DNA of 63,482 nt, the filler included, from Myxococcota bacterium (lineage in GTDB: Bacteria > Myxococcota_C > UBA6777), in assembly GCA_023150835.1 (NCBI GenBank). It is 3 parts of 3 records of this genome, joined end to end, with 100 filler letters (N's around TTAATTAATTAA, not from the genome) between each part and the next. Parts side by side here need not be neighbours in the genome. Positions count along the whole stretch, not along the records: positions 1 to 28,478 come from JAKLKB010000090.1; 2 more parts are not named here. One strand, given 5' to 3'. The first letter of the stretch is position 1; each line of letters starts with the position of its first letter. The notes below the pieces were generated by a model. That model had not been told where the DNA came from. It saw only the letters and a list, made by a program, of their open reading frames with translations, and did not search any database. Shown here in pieces: positions 1-9,200 of this stretch. The translations under genes were made by a program, and so were the position numbers.

Positions 1-66
1 TTCCTACAATATCCGTCAAAAGCGTATCCATAAGCGTCGATGCGGTTTGTTGTAAACGCCCTGTGA

Positions 67-94
67 TTGGGCAGCCACAGGGGGCTGCCCCTAC
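67..94 (-). repeat. GTAG-type REP, family A (GTAGGGGCAGCCCCCTGTGGCTGCCCAA)
   Basis: GTAG tetranucleotide followed by a GGGCAGCC/GGCTGCCC palindrome. Other copies at 5765-5792, 20468-20494, 34632-34659, 63363-63390 and 63439-63466. Confidence 0.85.
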
Positions 95-243
95 TTTTTC
101 ACGTACTTCACGGACGGAACTCGTAGAAACTGTTTGCTTTGAAAAAAGCAGCCGTCGAAGCGAACAGACCGGAGCAGAAACCTCGTTACGCAGGGAAAAA
201 AGAGTCGTGTTGTCAGCGAAACGAATCGATTGAGTTGGTCCAA

Positions 244-312
244 GTGGTTCGCGAACCGCCCCTACAACGTTCTGATATCTCAGGGTTTCCCTTTTCAACT
301 GCGTAACTCCTA
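244..312 (-). repeat. GTAG-type REP family B followed by a MITE right end (AACTGCGTAACTCCTA)
   Basis: GGTTCGCGAACCGCCCCTAC followed by tttccc..ttcaactgcgtaactccta, closely matching 20690-20760. Confidence 0.7.
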
Positions 313-580
313 TAAGAAACAAAAGAAGCGGATCGATTCGGGAATGCGGACAGCGCAGGGATGAAAGCATTGGCGGATCCAGTCCATCGTTTCACGGACT
401 GGGAAGCGGCGCTGGTGTCTTTACGCAGTCGGGAAGCGGCCTAAATCACACAGAAACCCCTTGGTTGCAACCCAAGACCCAAAAGCGGAGACCCTTGCAG
501 GGACGAGCCATCTGTGCCAAAAAGATCCCGCGCCAAAGCGCAGAAAAGCCCGCTATCATCGCATACCAAAGGAGGAATTG

Positions 581-2014
581 ATGAACACGTCCCGCCGTTC
601 TTACGGGTGGATTGGGGTCTTTGGGGCCATCACAACCATCGCATTGGCTTGGGGAATCTCCCCAACACCCGTTGTTGGACAATCCCCCAAGTTCCACACC
701 ATCTTTTACAAGCGCCTCTTCAACATGACTCCTTCTGCTGCGTGGTCTCCAGACAGCCGCTACCTCGCCTTTCATGGCTTGCGCGCCTCCCCAAGCTATG
801 CCTACCGCATCCATCGCCGCAGCACACACTCCCCCTACCGCCGCGCAACGACCTCACCCGTGTATCGCCGCAACACGCACTCCCCAATCTACCGCCGCGC
901 CACCGCCTCACCCGTGTATCGCCGCGCCACCGCCTCTCGTGTCTATCGCCGCGCCACCGCCTCTCGGTTCTATCGACGAAGCACTCACGCACGCTATCGC
1001 GACACACGCGCAGCCTACCGAAACAAATTGCTCTCCGCAGATCGCGTCTATTCGACTGTTCCAAATCGTAGTCACCTCGGTTTGATCGACGCCTTCCGTC
1101 GGACGCTTCGGACGCTTCCGGCCTACGCTTACAAACGCTCCACCTCTTCCGCCGCGTATTTCCGACCGCGCTGGCTCAACGCAAGCCAAGTCGTCACCAG
1201 CACGGGCTTCAGCGGCGATGGCCAATTCATCGACACAACCACGCAGCGACAAACCTCGCTCCAACGCTTTTCCACGGTGCATCCGCACCCACAAGGGCAG
1301 TTTTTGGTCGGGCGCGACCCCCAAACGGGCGTGTTTTTGGTCAAGACGCATTTGTACCATACACGCTACGCGCTGGTCGACAAACGCCGAAGAATCGGTG
1401 GATTTTTGCCGCAGTTTAGCCCCGATGGCCGCTATCTCGCATGGATCGATGCAACGCACGATTATAGCGCGGCCAGCCTCAAGGTATACGCCTTCCCCTA
1501 TCGCCCCGAAACACTCGACAAAGACGCGAACTTGCGCATCCGCAGCCCTTGGTCTTGGGACAAGGCCGAGTACCGAGCCATCGAGTTGCGCGAGATCCCC
1601 ATCCCCGAAACAGGGCCGATCGTCGACTTTGTGTGGGGTCCACAAGGCCGTAGCATCGCCTTTGTACGCGGCGATGGATACAGCGGTGCAGGCAATTATC
1701 AGCACACCACCAAGGGCCTTTACCTGATGGCCTTCGACGGTGAAAACAGCCAAAAGCCCCGCCTACTCGACCGAAAAGGCGATCAACCTTCCTTTATGCC
1801 AAACGGCAGCGTTGCTTATCACCGTCGCAACGGTTTCCGCGATGAGATATGGTTTTGGAACGCCACCCAAAGCGGAAAAACCTTTGTTGTGTACGGACAC
1901 GAACCGCGCATCTCCCCAAATGGCCGTTATCTGGCGTACTTGCGTTGGTTGCCTCCCCAACGCGCTTGGGGCGACGGCGCACAACTCTTCCTCGGTATCC
2001 TCGCCCTCCCGTAA
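581..2014 (+). CDS. secreted TolB-like/PD40 beta-propeller protein with an Arg/Tyr-rich repeat insert
   Basis: GGAGG RBS before ATG 581; signal peptide; AWSPDSRYLAF, FSPDGRYLAW, WGPQGRSIAF and ISPNGRYLAY PD40-like motifs. Confidence 0.8.
   Translation: MNTSRRSYGWIGVFGAITTIALAWGISPTPVVGQSPKFHTIFYKRLFNMTPSAAWSPDSRYLAFHGLRASPSYAYRIHRRSTHSPYRRATTSPVYRRNTHSPIYRRATASPVYRRATASRVYRRATASRFYRRSTHARYRDTRAAYRNKLLSADRVYSTVPNRSHLGLIDAFRRTLRTLPAYAYKRSTSSAAYFRPRWLNASQVVTSTGFSGDGQFIDTTTQRQTSLQRFSTVHPHPQGQFLVGRDPQTGVFLVKTHLYHTRYALVDKRRRIGGFLPQFSPDGRYLAWIDATHDYSAASLKVYAFPYRPETLDKDANLRIRSPWSWDKAEYRAIELREIPIPETGPIVDFVWGPQGRSIAFVRGDGYSGAGNYQHTTKGLYLMAFDGENSQKPRLLDRKGDQPSFMPNGSVAYHRRNGFRDEIWFWNATQSGKTFVVYGHEPRISPNGRYLAYLRWLPPQRAWGDGAQLFLGILALP
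811..1000 (+). repeat. imperfect 27-bp in-frame tandem repeats (YRRATASPV-like, ~7 units)
   Basis: Visible in both the DNA and the translation. Confidence 0.85.
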
Positions 2015-2042
2015 GACCTCCGTCCCAAAACAAATCGATGTT

Positions 2043-2165
2043 AAACCCCCCGTGTTCGCACCCGTCCAAGCGGCAGCGCCGTTGTTTTGAAAAACGGCTG
2101 TTCGCCCCGCCAATACGGGGTCAAGGGGCGACAGTCTATGGCGGGGCATGGTACCTCGCCCCACA
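2043..2165 (+). repeat. structured dispersed element family C, copy 1
   Basis: CCCGTGTTCGC...CAAGCGGC...TTTGAAAA...CCGCCAATACGGGGTCAAGGGG...GCCCCA block pattern shared with 9 other intergenic copies. Confidence 0.85.
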
Positions 2166-2210
2166 CAACAGAACGACCGCGATCACACCCAAAGGAAAAG
2201 GAGCGCAACC

Positions 2211-4328
2211 ATGCGCCGATACGGGCCAGCGATGGTGTTGTTTTTGCTACCGTTTGCCTATGATCCGTGGGCCTATGATGTATTGACCGCCAAATACGGG
2301 GCGTGGATGGTTTGCGTGGGGTTGTGGGCCAGCGTGCGGCTCTGGGAAGGGGATCTACCCCGTTATTCGGGCACGGCAATGGCTTTGTTGATCGGTTTGT
2401 ATTTGCCATCGTGGGTGCAGGGGGCTTCTTGGGCGCATACATGGGTGCCGTGGAGCCAAGCGCTTGCGTTGGTGTGGTGGATGTTGTTGGTGTGGGACGC
2501 GCTGCTACAAAGTGAAGAGCCGAGAGTGCTGCAAGCAACGTGGCTGCGGGCTTCTGCGATGGGATTGGTATCGATCTCGCTTCTTGCGGTGGTGGAGTGG
2601 TGGCATCCGCAAGCCTTCGTCTGGTCGGGTGCTGTAAGGGGATTGAGCAATGCGACGATGGGCAATCCCAACCATCTCGGGGCATTGCTTTCGGTGGGGC
2701 TACCGATCTTCTTTGTGCTGGGCAGGCGTTGGCGATGGGGAGCGCTTTGCGTGGTGGTGGGGATCGCCACGACAGGCTCTCGATTAAGCCTATTGACCGC
2801 CTACATCCTGATGGCGCTTGGGGCGATCTTGACGTGTTGTTTTGGTGGAGGGCAAACGCTGCGTGAACGCTTGCAAACGACCGCATGGGCGGCCTGTTGC
2901 ATCGGGGCGTTGTGGTTTGGCGCAAAGCAACTCACTCCACAAAAGCAGATCGCGGATATCGCGCAAGGAAGGGGCGGGATCTCTGCTCGCCTTCATCTTG
3001 TGCGATGCGCGCTACCGATGAGCCAAGAAGCCCTTCCTTGGGGCCTTGGCTACGGGCGCTTCCGTCAGCGTTTTCCTGCCCATCGTGGACGTTGTTTGAA
3101 GGGGACGGTCTTTGCGCAAGCTCCGCTACATACGGTCGCTGTCAACTTGCACAACGACTGGCTCCAGATCGCCCTCGAAGGCGGTCTATTAGTTGTTTCT
3201 GTGTTGTTGGCTGTGTTGCTTTGGTGGGGGCTGCTCTTGCTGCGCTCGCTCCGGATGAATCGCCCCACCCCATCGGCTCAATCTCCACAGTTTTCAGGAA
3301 ATGTATGGCTGCTTCTGCCGATGCTTGGGATTTTTGTGCAGATGGGTGGAACATTCCCGATCCAATTGCCGTCTGTTCTCGCGCTCGCGACACTTTGCGC
3401 GTTATCCGCCCAACACGCGATGTTTTGCGCATCATCAGTTCAACAGGCGATGCCCTGCGCATCATCATCCCGATACACGGCGATTTGCGCACGATTCGCC
3501 CGATACACAACACCCTTTCGTTGGTTCCGACACAGCCCCGAGCATCCTGCCCCACAACAAGCCACCACCGACGCAGCCGTTGGCTTCTATCTCAAAGCTA
3601 CGCTGCGATGGGGATATTGGGTGCTTTGGTTGGTAGTGATGTTTGTTGCGATGCGGGTGGTGCGAGCCGAACACTTGCTTGTCCAAGGGATGCGTGCGAT
3701 GGAGCGGCGTTCGTCCGATGCTACGGCACTTTTGCAACAAAGCGCCTCGCTGCACCCTTCCGAACAAGCTCTGTTCCAACTCGGCCAAGCACAGCTTGCA
3801 TCACGACAGCCCGAACCTGCCATCGACTCCTTGCAACGGGCTTATGCGATCTTTCCAGACGTTCAAGTCGCCCTCACGCTCGCCGAAGCCCATCTCGCTC
3901 TTCGCAATCTTCACCATGCCCGCCGTGATCTTCACCATGCCCGTCGTGATCTTCGCCATGCCCGTCGTGATCTTCGCCATGCCCGTCTTTGGCTGTTGCG
4001 TGGACTGGCCCTTCACCCCCACCACACCGAAACGATCTCGCTTCTGCGCCACATCCAAAAGATCACCTCCTCGACAAAAAAGATCACACCAAAGATGATC
4101 ACGCCTGTTTTGCCACCCACTTCACCCCCGAGCCTCCATCCCTTCCCTCGCCAACCTGCACCACAACCCTCGGATGATCCTGATCTGTGGCCTGCATCAC
4201 AACCCTCGGATGATCCTGATCTGTGGCCTAGATCACAGCCTGCCTCCCAACCCTCGGATCTGTGGCCTAGATCACAGCCTACGACCCAGACGACACCCTC
4301 ACCACCTCAAAAAAAGCATCTGCGATAA
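2211..4328 (+). CDS. O-antigen ligase (Wzy_C) family membrane protein with C-terminal TPR and Pro-rich repeats
   Basis: AGGAG RBS; many TM helices; ATMGNPNHLG and LHNDWLQIALEGG motifs; TPR-like helices. In-frame 21-bp (LHHARRD) repeats near 3905-3990 and 36-bp (PSDDPDLWP) repeats near 4165-4280. Confidence 0.8.
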   Translation: MRRYGPAMVLFLLPFAYDPWAYDVLTAKYGAWMVCVGLWASVRLWEGDLPRYSGTAMALLIGLYLPSWVQGASWAHTWVPWSQALALVWWMLLVWDALLQSEEPRVLQATWLRASAMGLVSISLLAVVEWWHPQAFVWSGAVRGLSNATMGNPNHLGALLSVGLPIFFVLGRRWRWGALCVVVGIATTGSRLSLLTAYILMALGAILTCCFGGGQTLRERLQTTAWAACCIGALWFGAKQLTPQKQIADIAQGRGGISARLHLVRCALPMSQEALPWGLGYGRFRQRFPAHRGRCLKGTVFAQAPLHTVAVNLHNDWLQIALEGGLLVVSVLLAVLLWWGLLLLRSLRMNRPTPSAQSPQFSGNVWLLLPMLGIFVQMGGTFPIQLPSVLALATLCALSAQHAMFCASSVQQAMPCASSSRYTAICARFARYTTPFRWFRHSPEHPAPQQATTDAAVGFYLKATLRWGYWVLWLVVMFVAMRVVRAEHLLVQGMRAMERRSSDATALLQQSASLHPSEQALFQLGQAQLASRQPEPAIDSLQRAYAIFPDVQVALTLAEAHLALRNLHHARRDLHHARRDLRHARRDLRHARLWLLRGLALHPHHTETISLLRHIQKITSSTKKITPKMITPVLPPTSPPSLHPFPRQPAPQPSDDPDLWPASQPSDDPDLWPRSQPASQPSDLWPRSQPTTQTTPSPPQKKHLR

Positions 4329-4552
4329 CATCGGTCAATCGGAGGCTTTGGAGAGCGATTGCGGCTTTTTTTCAAACGCTCGTCATTTTTTTGTTGACGG
4401 GGTTCGGTTCGTCGTGTAGACCGCCGCGCATCCTATCTCAGTATTTCACCACCAAGGGAGTTCCTTTCTGCAAACCTTCAACACTTTGTGCGTTTGCGTT
4501 CACGCTCCCGAAAGCATCGTTCGTCCCTTTTTTCCAGTCCAAGGAGACTACC

Positions 4553-5698
4553 ATGTTCCAAAGAAAATCCCTGATGTTCGCTCTTTTGTTGGCGAGCAGC
4601 CTTGTCACCCTCGCCGCTTGCGGTGGTATGAACCCAAGCGAAGAAACTCAAACCACCGAGCGCAACGAAGCCTCTCTTTCTACCAGCGCGATCCCTTCTT
4701 GGTTTCGACACATCCCCCTCGATTGGGGCTGTGATCAAACGCTGAAAGGCCGCTTTGTCGGTCGTGATAGCGCCCATCTCTACAGCTTCCCCGGCAAAGT
4801 CGGCTACCGCTACACCTTTTCCTTCAAAGGTACTCACCCCGCAGCACATGGCGCAGCCATCGCTGTGTATGACTCCCAAAGCGGAAAACGCGTCGCCTTG
4901 CAATTCGCCTCGCGCAACAACAGCGTCAGCCTCCAATACACCGCTGCTCAAAGCATCAAATACCTCGTGGGTGTGTTCTCGATCTTCCCCTACACCACAG
5001 GAAACTACACACTCTCCGCCAAATGCGAACTCACCAAATACTGCGTTGAATACGAAACCACCGATGACCAAGGCAACCCCTACAACAACTTCTACGCCAT
5101 CAACGTGAACTCTTACGCAGAAGGCAAAAAGCATCTCGCCATCGTGAAATACTTCATCAACGAAGCCATCTCCAACGGTTCGTGCGCAAGCCAAGGCACC
5201 ATGTGTCCCCTTCTTTATGCCCCCGTCTGCACCGACTCTCCCACCGCTCAAACCGAATACGGAAACGTCTGCGCATTCAAAGTCCATATCCGACAAACGG
5301 CAGGCGACGCAGGCCAACACAAAGGCCATTGGGACAAAGGCCAATGCTCCGCTGAAGGCAAGTTCTGCGGTGGTATCGCTGGCATCCAATGCCCCGACGG
5401 CTTCACCTGTGTCCTCGATGGCAACTACCCCGACGCTGGCGGCAAATGCACCAAGATCACTTGTGATCCCAAAAAAGAATGGAACCGCAACTACGTCACC
5501 ACCGACAAAAATCAGTGCGCCTTGATCCGCTACACTTGCCCCACCAACACCACCCACTTCTCCAATGATTGCGGCTGTGGTTGCGAACAAGCCGCTTCTT
5601 GCCCCGAATACTTCAACTGCATGCCCGGCCCCGGTGCTACCCCCTGCGATACCAACGCACTTCTCGCCAAATGCCCCTACAGCAAAATCGCTTGGTAA
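4553..5698 (+). CDS. Cys-rich lipoprotein (PPC-like beta domain, Kazal-like module, CGGIAGIQCP module)
   Basis: AGGAG RBS; lipobox LAAC; Kazal-like CPLLYAPVC...YGNVC; strong C-ending codon bias. Confidence 0.8.
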   Translation: MFQRKSLMFALLLASSLVTLAACGGMNPSEETQTTERNEASLSTSAIPSWFRHIPLDWGCDQTLKGRFVGRDSAHLYSFPGKVGYRYTFSFKGTHPAAHGAAIAVYDSQSGKRVALQFASRNNSVSLQYTAAQSIKYLVGVFSIFPYTTGNYTLSAKCELTKYCVEYETTDDQGNPYNNFYAINVNSYAEGKKHLAIVKYFINEAISNGSCASQGTMCPLLYAPVCTDSPTAQTEYGNVCAFKVHIRQTAGDAGQHKGHWDKGQCSAEGKFCGGIAGIQCPDGFTCVLDGNYPDAGGKCTKITCDPKKEWNRNYVTTDKNQCALIRYTCPTNTTHFSNDCGCGCEQAASCPEYFNCMPGPGATPCDTNALLAKCPYSKIAW

Positions 5699-5764
5699 TC
5701 TAGTTCCCACTCTACTCTTCTCTCCCCTTTATACGAAATCCGCCCGTTGAGTTATCGTAAAAAT

Positions 5765-5846
5765 GTAGGGGCAGCCCCCTGTGGCTGCCCAAGAATCGGG
5801 CGTCTACGTACTATCTTACGATCACACATCACTCGGATATCGTATT
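5765..5846 (+). repeat. REP family A with a conserved ~55-nt extension (ATCGGGCGTCT...CATCACTCGGATATCGTAT)
   Basis: The extension recurs at ~42968-43034 (+) and ~34576-34659 (-). Confidence 0.8.
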
Positions 5847-5902
5847 ACTCTGCTCTTCTGCCCCTCTCCCCAGTTTGTTGCTCTGCTCCATTTTGTTTTT
5901 TC

Positions 5903-6028
5903 TTTTGGGGTGCTACCCCACACCCCGCCATAGAACTGCCGCCCCTTGACCCCAGCATCGGCGGAACAAGCACACGTTTTTCAAACGAACGTCCGTGCCG
6001 CTTGAACGCTTGCGAACACGGGGTTTTT
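5903..6028 (-). repeat. family C element, copy 2
   Basis: Same block pattern on the minus strand. Confidence 0.85.
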
Positions 6029-6103
6029 CTCCACAAGCCACCCGACCCTCGCCTTCTTCCGCTTTTTTCTCCCCCCGTTTTTTTCTCCCCGTCCGTGTTT
6101 TCC

Positions 6104-6183
6104 GTGTTTTTCGTGGACTGTGTTTTTCGTGGACTGTGTTTTTCGTGGACTGTGTTTTTCGTGGACTGTGTTTTTCGTGGACT
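6104..6183 (+). repeat. perfect tandem repeat, 5 x 16 bp (GTGTTTTTCGTGGACT)
   Basis: Read directly; no spacers; lies between convergent genes. Confidence 0.95.
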
Positions 6184-6241
6184 CTTCTTTCTGTGCCTCA
6201 CGAAGCGCGAAACTCCCGCTGGTCGTATATGTTAGGCTGCC

Positions 6242-9200
6242 TCAAGGAAGAGCGAATGGATCGAGCGACAAGCGATCGTTTTGTAAGAAAAAGACACTGG
6301 TACCCACAAACCGCGATGTATAGACCAAAGCAGATGTGGTGCTGACGGGATTCGAGGTGGAGACCAAAGTGCCGTCGGCTCGATAGCGCATCCATTGCAT
6401 AGGGGATCGCTGTGTGTTGGTATGCAGCACAAAGTCATCTCCGAGCAAGCCAAGGCGATCTGCGGTGTAAGGGAAGTTGGCGGATGAGTTGGTGGAGGCG
6501 GTGGCATAGCGCAGCGTTTTGATCTCTTTGCCAGAGGATTCGAAAAAGACGGCTTCGTGCGTACGCGATCCGTAAGGGGTCCAGACCACGACAAATTCGC
6601 TTTTGCCGTTCATGGCAAGCAGATGTGATGGTCCGAGCGTTCCGCGTGTGTTTTGTGTGGCGGCGATACTCACAACATCGGCCTCGATCCATACGTTGCT
6701 GTTGTTAAAACGCCGCAAGGTGTAGGGGTTGGTATAACTCGCCCCTGCGCAGACAACAACACCTCCGCCGCCGATGGGATTTCGGGCCACCCGAAACGGC
6801 GTGCTGGAGCCGCACAAACGCGGGGAGGCTTCGTAGCTAAGGCTCGTCCCAAGGGGGTTTCCGCTTGCATCGAAGAAAGACAGGTTGAGTTGCGCCGAGA
6901 TATCCCGCCATCCCACGAGAAGTTGGTTGCCTGCTCCAAAAGCCGCCATGATCTGGCCGTCTCCTTGGCGGGTAGGGAACTCAACCAAAGCGCCGACGGG
7001 TTGGCAGTTGGAGTCAAAGAGTTGGAATTGGGCGATCTGCGGGCTTGTGGGTGGATCAAGACGCCACAGCACGGCCCACAACGAAGCATCTGGAGAGGCG
7101 TAGACTTGGACATCACGGAACTTTTGATCTTGGGCCTCTGCGATCACAAAGGTTCGTCCTCGCACCGCCCCCATCGCGTCCCAACACAGGCCCAACAACG
7201 AGCCATCGTTCCCAAGATCCCGCGCAAAGGCCAGAAAAATCTCCTTTTTGGCGTTTGCATCGATATCCGTCGCACCGTTTGAAACATTCGCAGGAAGAGA
7301 GCGAAAGTCCTTAGCAGGGCAAGAATCATCGATCCGTCCATCGCAATTGTCGTCGATGGCGTTTCCGCAGATCTCGGACGTGGGCAAGACTTCTCCGTTG
7401 CAATCTCCGTAAGTTGAGCCATCTTGCGCACAAGTTCTCGTTCCAGCCATGCAAGGCGATCGAGGCGATGAACCCGGGGCCGCAAAGCGATAACAGGGGG
7501 ACGTTGTACCTGCCTCACAAAAACAAGGCTCGCCGTTGCAGATCCCCGCAGAGGCCGAGAGCTTCAAGAGATCGCGCCGCAACCCCGTGTTCGGGATGTA
7601 CAACACCGATTTTTTCCCTTCGCTGCGCAACAGCCACGCTGTCGCTTGATCACCTTGCAAACGCGGCATCGCAGCCACCAGTTTTCCATCCAGATCGTAG
7701 CGCAAGAATCGTCGCCAAAAGGACGGCGCACCATCCCACAACACCACATCTCCCTCAAAACGCGGCATCGCTCCCGAAAAACCAAACGCATTGGCCCCCG
7801 AAAAACGCTTGCTGATCTCCCATGTTTTGCGAGGCTTTGCATCAACACCGTAGCTTTGCGCACGCCAGACCGAGAGCGTCGCGTCAGACCACGCCACCAC
7901 AAACCCTTGGGCATTCATCCCCACACGAAAGCCTTGCCCGGAAGTGAGGTGGTTCCCGATCGTTGCGCTCAACCCTGTGTAGTTCGCCTCCAACAAGCTG
8001 CCTGTGAGCGAAAAGCGACGCCAAAAGATCTGGCCTAGCGCGGATGCGCAAGCGATCACGCCCCACCCAAGGTCGTCTTGGTAAGCAACATGAGCATTAT
8101 CCAGCAAGCCGCTCCCACAAGTTCTCTGAGCGTCTGGATCCACCATCGTGGAAGACAACGCCCCCGACGCATCCAAGAAAGCCAACCGCAGACTCGTAAT
8201 CACCGCAGGTTCTCGCCACAAAAGCGCTGAACGACCGCTTTCATCGATCACCACACGCGGAATCATCAATGCCCACGCCGATTCAGCAACCGCGATCACC
8301 CCCGTCAATGGGCGGCATTGGCCGTCAAACAATCGCGCACGCAACGAAAGGCTCGATGCCCCCGATGCGCTCCCTTCCAACCAAGCGATCACAAAACGCC
8401 CACTCTTCGGAGCGATCGCGACTGTCGCGGATTTCACCGAACGAAACGGCTCAGAAACGGCGAAGGCCCCTTGTGCGATCTTTCCCGCCGCATCCCAACA
8501 AGTCGCCCACACACGACGCTCACCCGAGGCAACCCCCACCACGCGGCCATCTTCCGCGATGCCCATATCCGACAACGCAAGCGTTGGGGTGATCTGTGGA
8601 TCGCTACAGTCGTTGTCTACACGACCATCGCAATCATCATCCTTCCCATTGCCGCAGATCTCGGGGACAGGAACCGTCTCGCCTTGACAATCCCCCCAAG
8701 CACTTCCGTCATTCGCACACGTTGAAAGACCTTCCTTACACGGCGAAGCCGCAGTCCGACTTCCTGCACCCGTATAACAACGTCGCAGCCGCTGCGGCTC
8801 ACAAGCACACGCTCCACCCGGGCAAAGCCCCCTTCCTGCCGAGAGATCGATCGCGTTTGCGTAGATGCGCGTTCCACCGCGCAAATACAACGATGTCCCA
8901 CCCACCCGCAGCGACGCCGACAACAACGGCGACGACGCGCTGCTTACCAACGTCCCCGCAGCATTGTAACGAAACCACCGCGTATATCCGCCTTCTTGAC
9001 GCACGATCTCTCGAAACACAAAGTCGCCTTGCAAGATCTCCACACGCTCGTGCGGACCGTCATAACCACCCGACGAAGACTCCATCACGCGGCTGATCAC
9101 CAGATGTTGCAACTTTGTGCCGTCCGCCTTCAACAAGAGCCCTTCGATCTGGCTCTTGTTTCGGTGCTGATACGCGATACCGATCTCCCCTGTCTCGTTG

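Noticed and set aside
2043-2165. Family C as integron attC sites
   Set aside because: TTCAAGC resembles an L box, but the RYYYAAC/GTTRRRY ends are missing, orientations are mixed, flanking genes include housekeeping genes and no integrase is present.
4478-5710. Long antisense or alternate-frame ORFs (e.g. 4478-5710 -, 19111-20397 +, 23275-24249 +, 53437-55149 +, 59652-60995 -)
   Set aside because: They shadow well-supported genes, carry no motifs and are expected from biased codon usage.
6104-6183. CRISPR array or plasmid iterons
   Set aside because: Perfect head-to-tail 16-mers without spacers; no rep gene or AT-rich origin nearby.
5747-6235. Short ORFs sharing PLDP...RL..REHG peptides (5747, 21670, 22033, 36660 and others) as a protein family
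   Set aside because: The similarity comes from reading through family C copies; the frame between the two halves differs among copies.
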